Shown piece by piece: positions 58,132 to 64,000 of a stretch of 64,000 bases of DNA. The notes below the pieces were generated by a model, which did not search any database, was not told where the DNA came from, and saw only the letters and a program-made list of their open reading frames with translations. Both the position numbers and the translations under genes were made by a program. Numbering within the stretch: position 1 is the first letter of the stretch; every line of letters begins with the position of its first letter. The stretch comes from a virus. The stretch is taken from positions 1 to 64,000 of IMG/VR virus record IMGVR_UViG_3300011189_000006; one strand, written 5' to 3'.

Positions 58132-59344
58132 AAACTCTTTTGATTGAAGATAAACTAGGATGTTAAAACCGTCAGTACTCATTAGAGCACTGTTTAGCGT
58201 TTGTCTACCCGAATCTGTATCAGCAGTTGTTTTATTAGAGATATGTAAAGAATAATAGTGTATCGCCCTGCGAAGTCAGTTTAAAAGCTAAAGCTATTTG
58301 ATACATTCTAGAGTGATACTAGTCAGAAGAGTTTTTATTAAAATAATTAACCCTTTAATTAAAAGTAAATAATAATTTAAGTAATCACGTACTGGATATG
58401 GATGTAGTACTTACTACCTGACCTATTAAAAGCCAAATAGACAACGTGTTGGCAAATTATTATACTGTTTATCAGCAGTTGTGTTTATTTTTATGATGTT
58501 TAACTAGCTTTGAAAGCAAAACATCCCAAGTGATGCTGGTTTTGAAGAGGCTATATAATTACTTACAAAGTAATAAAACTCGTACTGACTCTTAACTGAG
58601 AAGTACATGTATATATAAAAGGCAGGTAAAGATCCTGAAGTAAGTAATTTTTTATTAAAATTAAATATTATGAATATAAAGGGAATGTTAATATATGTAG
58701 GATCAGCAATTATACTTTTTATAATATGTTGTTTAATAGACAGGTATGGTAATAAGCCCGATAAACCTACTCCTCCTGGATTTAGATGGGGGGATTGAAG
58801 GAAACCGTTAAGCCTTGAATACGGTGTGATTAAATTAAATAGTCCCAAAACAGATAAACTCCTAGATGAGGTAATGTAATAAGAGGTTAATCACTAAAGA
58901 TAGGTAGGTTATAAGATGTAGTATTAAGTTAATCAATCGTCTATATAGTAGGATAGTTAGCTAACAGCGTACAGAAATGGGTGCAAGTACCATTTGGTTA
59001 TTAAATAAGAAATTAGGAGTCGAAATCTTTAGTTAATACTACATATTATATTTATTAAGTGTACCAACTAATTGTAATAAGGTTGGAAGTAATAATAGGG
59101 AAATAGCTAGTTACTCAGCCCGAACTCAATTGGGGGATTTTGCCAAGAGGTTATGAAAAACAAAATACACTTAGGCAAACAATTTACAGAAAAAAGACAA
59201 TCAGTGACACGCATTAGACGAAACGTAGTAGAATTTTGATTCTAGCGACATTATCTTTTTATCCATTTGTAGTAGTGATAACCCGAACAAAGCTAAAGTA
59301 CACAAAAGGTTATAGGCGATGTACGCTACTACAGATGGTTTTTT
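58132..59344 (+). ncRNA. Array of ~8 stem-closed structured RNA modules (family unknown)
   Basis: Nearly ORF-free; successive long-range closing stems with G-U pairs favouring the + strand (see findings). Confidence 0.6.
58670..58798 (+). CDS. Small single-TM peptide (42 aa) inside the ncRNA array
   Basis: MNIKGMLIYVGSAIILFIICCLIDRYGNKPDKPTPPGFRWGD. Confidence 0.45.
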   Translation: MNIKGMLIYVGSAIILFIICCLIDRYGNKPDKPTPPGFRWGD

Positions 59345-59368
59345 AATAAATATATAGTATAAGTTATA

Positions 59369-59881
59369 TTAGTGGGGTTCTACTTCCTCAATGTCAACTA
59401 TTTTCAATCCTCTATCATCAATTATTGCAATTTCATACTCATCTGGGTATTCAGCTCTATTACCTAATGTTGAAGACATATCAATATTTTCTGATGACAT
59501 TTCAATAGTTACAATGAACCACTTTTTAGTTTCTTCTCCGTAACGGTGTAAAAAAGACTCTACAAAATCATAATCATCATACATATCTTTATCACCTACA
59601 AAAGATTTACCTAAATCTTCTTTGTTTATATCATCAATACTATCAACATTCAATAATCTATAAAGGATGACTGTATTTGGAATGTCTTGTATTCCATATG
59701 GGAAATCAGTATTACAGAAATCATTTAATCTATCAAGAATTTCATAATAATCACCATATGGACCACCCTTTACCTCATCGTGATAATATTTATTTGCGTA
59801 GTCAAGTGCTATTTCATTATAGTCATCTTCATCAAAATTTTCATCATAGTCTTCAAATAATTTTAAATACTTCATTATCAC
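59369..59881 (-). CDS. Hypothetical protein, possible ADP-ribosyltransferase fold
   Basis: ILYR...LGKSF...PDEYEI (R-S-ExE-like); MKYLKLFE N-terminus. Confidence 0.45.
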   Translation of the reverse strand: MIMKYLKLFEDYDENFDEDDYNEIALDYANKYYHDEVKGGPYGDYYEILDRLNDFCNTDFPYGIQDIPNTVILYRLLNVDSIDDINKEDLGKSFVGDKDMYDDYDFVESFLHRYGEETKKWFIVTIEMSSENIDMSSTLGNRAEYPDEYEIAIIDDRGLKIVDIEEVEPH

Positions 59882-59992
59882 AATATTTTTTATAACCTAT
59901 ATATTAATTTAGTTAAACCCATGTTAAATCATTGAAGAAACAAACATGCATATCTTTACACAGAGTAATTATTAAACAACATACAAAATAAA

Positions 59993-60196
59993 ATGAAAAA
60001 ATTAGTTAGAGCCTTACAAATTTTTAACAGATACACAGATAGTGAGTTTCCTACTAGTTGTGTACACAATCAGATGTTCGTACATGTTGATCCAAAACAA
60101 GTCAATAATTCAGATATAATAGAGTTGGAAAGTATTGGCTTTGAAGTAGATTATGGACTAGAGTGCTTTGTATCTAATAAGTATGGAAGTTGTTGA
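59993..60196 (+). CDS. Hypothetical protein
   Basis: AL.IF..Y....P..C.H...LE..GF...YGSC phage motif. Confidence 0.65.
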   Translation: MKKLVRALQIFNRYTDSEFPTSCVHNQMFVHVDPKQVNNSDIIELESIGFEVDYGLECFVSNKYGSC

Positions 60197-60253
60197 TATT
60201 AGTGTATAGATAAGACAAGATGGCTAAATATAATATTAATCAGAAATAAAAAA

Positions 60254-60460
60254 ATGGATAACAACGAATTAGAAAGAATTAGCGATTTGATATGGTCTAC
60301 ATTAAACGCAGTAGATAATCAAGATTTGAGCAAAGATGAACAAATTGATTTGATTAAACCAATAATAAGGGAATGTCATAGTTCTTCAAGAAAACTCGGA
60401 AGGAGACAAATATTAAACCATCTAGATGAAGAGATTAATCATCTACGCAAAGATGTATAA
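60254..60460 (+). CDS. Hypothetical protein
   Basis: 68-aa ORF. Confidence 0.55.
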   Translation: MDNNELERISDLIWSTLNAVDNQDLSKDEQIDLIKPIIRECHSSSRKLGRRQILNHLDEEINHLRKDV

Positions 60461-60531
60461 TAAATATTATACACAAATAACAAAAACCCTTTTTAGTTAA
60501 AAACTTTAAGTGTTTTTATTATATAATCCAT

Positions 60532-60930
60532 ATGAGTAAGATATTAGCACATGTACCATCAAGGTTCGAAGACCTAATGATAACGAATTACCATCTTCTA
60601 GCAATTGATGCTAAAACAGGTGAAATATTTAGATTTCCATTAGATAGTGATTATGAGTGGTTTATTGGTAGTAAAAATTATATTGATGGTTTGATAGAGG
60701 TTAAGTTATTAAAAAATAAGATAAAAAAGAAAAACATATTCTGTATGCTTGGCACACATAACTATGAAAATGTTGGTGTACAAAAGGCAAGGGGTTTATA
60801 TAATAGTTTTGACCCAATAACTAGAAAAGTTCAAGAATGTACTATTTGTGGTAAATATATGTATATGTATAATAAAGACGTAAAGTCTTTTAAAGGCTTA
60901 GATTTAGAGTGGATTTATATTAAAACATAG
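60532..60930 (+). CDS. Hypothetical protein (C..G.H / CxxCG zinc motif)
   Basis: FCMLGTH...CTICG. Confidence 0.55.
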   Translation: MSKILAHVPSRFEDLMITNYHLLAIDAKTGEIFRFPLDSDYEWFIGSKNYIDGLIEVKLLKNKIKKKNIFCMLGTHNYENVGVQKARGLYNSFDPITRKVQECTICGKYMYMYNKDVKSFKGLDLEWIYIKT

Positions 60931-60950
60931 TATTTTTTAATATATAGTCT

Positions 60951-61427
60951 ATGGAAAGAATATTAAAATACTATGATTTTATAAATGAAAGTTATGAATT
61001 TAAAAACACAACAAGAGACCTCTATGACACAGCAGTTTCATATACATTCACAAATAGAGATAATATCGAATTTAGAGTAATATTTGAATTAAAAGATTAT
61101 ACATGGTGTAGAGTATATGGTATAGTTGGTGCTAAACAATTTAGAGAATTAGATAAACCAGATGCGATAAATGTTGTGAAAACAGTTACTGAGATAACCA
61201 TCGATTTCATCAATAGGTATGATCCAAAAATAATATTGATAGAACACATACCCTCTGAATCAGAAAAAGATGACGAACTCTATAGACCAAGTGATGAAAA
61301 CAAAAGAACTAGAGTCCATAGAAGATTTTTACTACGTCTTTTACCCAAAAATTATAAATATTCTAATGAAGGCCCAAGTTCTATGATAACTAGAATAGAA
61401 GATCAAAACAAAGAATACCATGAATAA
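60951..61427 (+). CDS. Hypothetical protein, paralog A
   Basis: Shares YTFTNRDNI.F.VIF and IT.DF..R.RFL.R.LP..Y.Y with the next ORF. Confidence 0.7.
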   Translation: MERILKYYDFINESYEFKNTTRDLYDTAVSYTFTNRDNIEFRVIFELKDYTWCRVYGIVGAKQFRELDKPDAINVVKTVTEITIDFINRYDPKIILIEHIPSESEKDDELYRPSDENKRTRVHRRFLLRLLPKNYKYSNEGPSSMITRIEDQNKEYHE

Positions 61428-61872
61428 CTTAATTAAATATTACGAGTTTATATCGGAGAAGTATAATTTTGAGATTATAAACAATCCCTCACCTTTCCGT
61501 ATCCAATATACTTTTACTAATAGAGACAATATAAAATTTAATGTAATTTTCACACAATTTAGTAAGTACTGGGAGCGTGAATACTCTACTACATTAGATA
61601 CTCCATTTGCAATGCTTGAAAAACCTGATTCCATAAATGTAATAGCTACTATCACTGCAATAACTATTGATTTTTTAAATAAAAATAAACCAAATGTTAT
61701 AATTATACCACACATATCTAGCAAAAAAGAAAAAGAAAAAAATAACTATGATCCATATTCTGAAAATCAAAGACTCATAGCAAACAGAAGGTTCTTAACA
61801 AGGGAATTGCCTAGTGATTATATGTATACCAACGATGGGAGTAGTTCTATAATAACTAAGAGAACTTCTTAG
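61420..61872 (+). CDS. Hypothetical protein, paralog B
   Basis: Tandem duplicate of 60951..61427. Confidence 0.7.
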   Translation: MNNLIKYYEFISEKYNFEIINNPSPFRIQYTFTNRDNIKFNVIFTQFSKYWEREYSTTLDTPFAMLEKPDSINVIATITAITIDFLNKNKPNVIIIPHISSKKEKEKNNYDPYSENQRLIANRRFLTRELPSDYMYTNDGSSSIITKRTS

Positions 61873-62548
61873 CCTTTTCTTCAAGATCTTTAAGATTAGT
61901 CTTATATGGATTTTCTTTTATCATATTATGTGCATGTATAGTATTACTAACTAAAAAATATGCCCCCTTATTTGTATAAAGGTGTTTCTCACCACCAGCC
62001 TCTATATACGAAGCACCTGGACCAGCATCACCTACCCAATAACAATCTGCATTAGGTGGTATTGTACAACCCAAGTGTGCAAGATTGAAAAGTGTTATTG
62101 AAGCAACACCATGTACACCATCCTCATTACCAGTTATGACAACACCACCAACTTTTCCATATAGTTTGGGTTGACCTAAGTCATTAGTATCTGAATAAGC
62201 ACCTATCATTCTCTCAAATATAATTTGTGTGATTGATGTTCTTTCACCAAACCATATAGCGGTTCCTATTAATATGATATCAGCATCTAGCATTTTCTGA
62301 TAAATTTCTGGAAACTTATCATCTTCTGATATCTTATCAACCGTATTACCAAAGTCCATTTTATATTTTGCTACTCTAACTATTTCAACCTCTACATCTT
62401 GGTCATGATCCTCATATGCTTGTTCTACTCTTTTTAGGAGTGCATCAGTATTAGACTCACCACTCTCTTTTAGCGTACAGTTCAACATAAGGACTTTTGT
62501 TTTGTCATTATTTACATCTTCTCTAAAGTATTCTATGAATTTTTTCAT
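61856..62548 (-). CDS. Flavodoxin-family NAD(P)H-dependent FMN reductase
   Basis: LNCTLK....SNT, ADII.IGT.IWFG, GKVGG..ITGNEDG, G.TIPP.A motifs. Confidence 0.85.
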   Translation of the reverse strand: MKKFIEYFREDVNNDKTKVLMLNCTLKESGESNTDALLKRVEQAYEDHDQDVEVEIVRVAKYKMDFGNTVDKISEDDKFPEIYQKMLDADIILIGTAIWFGERTSITQIIFERMIGAYSDTNDLGQPKLYGKVGGVVITGNEDGVHGVASITLFNLAHLGCTIPPNADCYWVGDAGPGASYIEAGGEKHLYTNKGAYFLVSNTIHAHNMIKENPYKTNLKDLEEKAKKFS

Positions 62549-62612
62549 ACTCTATATATTAATTTTTTAGTAGTTAAAACATTATATTAATTTTATATAT
62601 AGAAGAAAAAAA

Positions 62613-62843
62613 ATGTTAGATTTTATTGGATGGGTTGCAACAATTTTAATAATAATATCATTTATATTCAGAGACATATATAAATTAAGGCTATTTAGTA
62701 TGATAGGAGCTTTCTTATGGATTGTATATGGTATCATGGCTAATGCTTATCCAATTATAATTTTAAACGTTGTAGTGGCAATTATACAAGTTTATTGGCT
62801 TAATAGAATAAAAAGAGATAAAAAGTTAGATTGTTCTAAATAA
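62613..62843 (+). CDS. Small inner-membrane protein (YgjV/PQ-loop-like)
   Basis: IGW.A...SF....KLR....G...W..YG...YPII.LN. Confidence 0.6.
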   Translation: MLDFIGWVATILIIISFIFRDIYKLRLFSMIGAFLWIVYGIMANAYPIIILNVVVAIIQVYWLNRIKRDKKLDCSK

Positions 62844-63014
62844 TGTTTAGATATAAACAACAATTTAAGTCATGTACTAACATCTGATGGAATATGTCGT
62901 GGTATGAACATCCCAAATACAAACACATCACGCACAATTAGTGAGTGGATGCAAATTCTATTGGAATAACTAAAGCCTATTCAGATACTAACGACTATTC
63001 CATTAATTGATATT

Positions 63015-63407
63015 TTAAAATTGGGATATGAAGTATATCGACATAGAGATATAACTAATTAATAAGATAACAAAGACTATGTTTTCGTATTTTTTAAGCG
63101 TTTTATCAATTATATTACTACTATCAGATAGATAACTTATTTTATTACCACGTAGTAAATTAATTGTTGAGTTTAATAGGAACATTCTGCTTATACCCAT
63201 ATAGAATAAGAATATAAAAGCATCAATAGAGAAGTAGAAAATAAGGTATGATACTAGCGACCAGATAAGTACATTATATACAAAATCTACTTTATGCCAC
63301 ATTTTCATATATACATATTTGTGTGCACTACTTGACTTCCATACATAATAGTCCTGCAAACCCTCTATTATAAATATTACCGATATTATTGCTATTATTA
63401 TTTCCAT
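63015..63407 (-). CDS. Membrane protein
   Basis: Four hydrophobic segments. Confidence 0.6.
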   Translation of the reverse strand: MEIIIAIISVIFIIEGLQDYYVWKSSSAHKYVYMKMWHKVDFVYNVLIWSLVSYLIFYFSIDAFIFLFYMGISRMFLLNSTINLLRGNKISYLSDSSNIIDKTLKKYENIVFVILLISYISMSIYFISQF

Positions 63408-63451
63408 TTTTATTATATTTTTTATAAAGATACAACTAAATATTTAATTCC

Positions 63452-63805
63452 TTACTTTTTATTGAAAATATATTTAACCCATGCAAACCTTTTTCGATTA
63501 TCTAAATAATCAAAATCCTTCTCATTTTTATATGCTTCTATCTCAAAAGATATATTTCTATAAGCACCTTGCCCAGATCCAAATATGAACAGTCCAAAAA
63601 AGTACTCTAATATATAAACGATATAGAATAAAATGACTAGCATTTCTTCTTGTTGTTTTATATGTATTTTCTCGTGGTTTAGTGTTTTAACAGTAGAATA
63701 AGACCTTAAAATAATATAAGGATATAATGTTATTCCACCTATTTTCATAAACCAACTAAGATTGTCTAGAATTTTGTTTGATCGAATAACGATTGGTATC
63801 TTCAT
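63452..63805 (-). CDS. Zincin-like membrane protein (HExxH)
   Basis: GITLYPYI...NHEKIH..QQ.E...AYRNISFE.EAY. Confidence 0.7.
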   Translation of the reverse strand: MKIPIVIRSNKILDNLSWFMKIGGITLYPYIILRSYSTVKTLNHEKIHIKQQEEMLVILFYIVYILEYFFGLFIFGSGQGAYRNISFEIEAYKNEKDFDYLDNRKRFAWVKYIFNKK

Positions 63806-63932
63806 ATTTTTTGTTTATTATTATATATTATTTACGTAAAATGTAAATTATTTTAATATATTTGTAGCAGATTAAATTGTACGCATTTAAATAATAAGAC
63901 TAAAATTAATATATAATAATAAACAAAAAAAT

Positions 63933-64000
63933 ATGGATAAGAAAACAAAAGAGGTGCTAGACAAGTTAAGACTACCAATCCACTATACTTTTATAGCAAA
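63933..64000 (+). CDS. Hypothetical protein, 3'-partial
   Basis: MDKKTKEVLDKLRLPIH... after the TAATATATA motif. Confidence 0.5.
   Translation, partial: MDKKTKEVLDKLRLPIHYTFIA

Noticed and set aside
58200-58490. Group I intron (ATCAGCAG resembles the Q element)
   Set aside because: No recognisable P7 (R/S) elements and no interrupted host gene
58504-58848. 114-aa minus-strand ORF
   Set aside because: Antisense to the structured-RNA array and the small TM peptide; no plausible protein signal

Overview
AT-rich segment of a large T4-like (jumbo-type) myophage genome. The host is probably in Bacteroidota, judged from recurrent TAnnTTTG promoters. The window holds tail tube, baseplate and fibre genes, and a T4-type replication/recombination set (gp47/Mre11, UvsY-like, clamp-like, PolB, primase, UvsW). 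It also holds seven tRNAs, an IS200/IS605 TnpB element, two Hef-like homing endonucleases and many accessory genes. Top finding: the tRNAs sit in two cassettes, each behind a short leader peptide and a terminator/antiterminator pair. The leader codons match the downstream tRNAs (F/K/H/W for tRNA-Lys, Phe, His, Trp; SSSSSR for tRNA-Arg, Ser, Ser). This suggests a ribosome-stalling attenuator that makes phage tRNAs only when those tRNAs are limiting. Other highlights: a PolB gene with a 42-nt stop-containing hairpin insert in motif B plus a naturally split intein; a ~1.2-kb array of stem-closed structured ncRNAs; a T4 capsid-targeting-like N-terminal peptide on many unrelated proteins; and two phage-specific promoter motifs. 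All protein calls come from motif recognition by eye; no database search was run.
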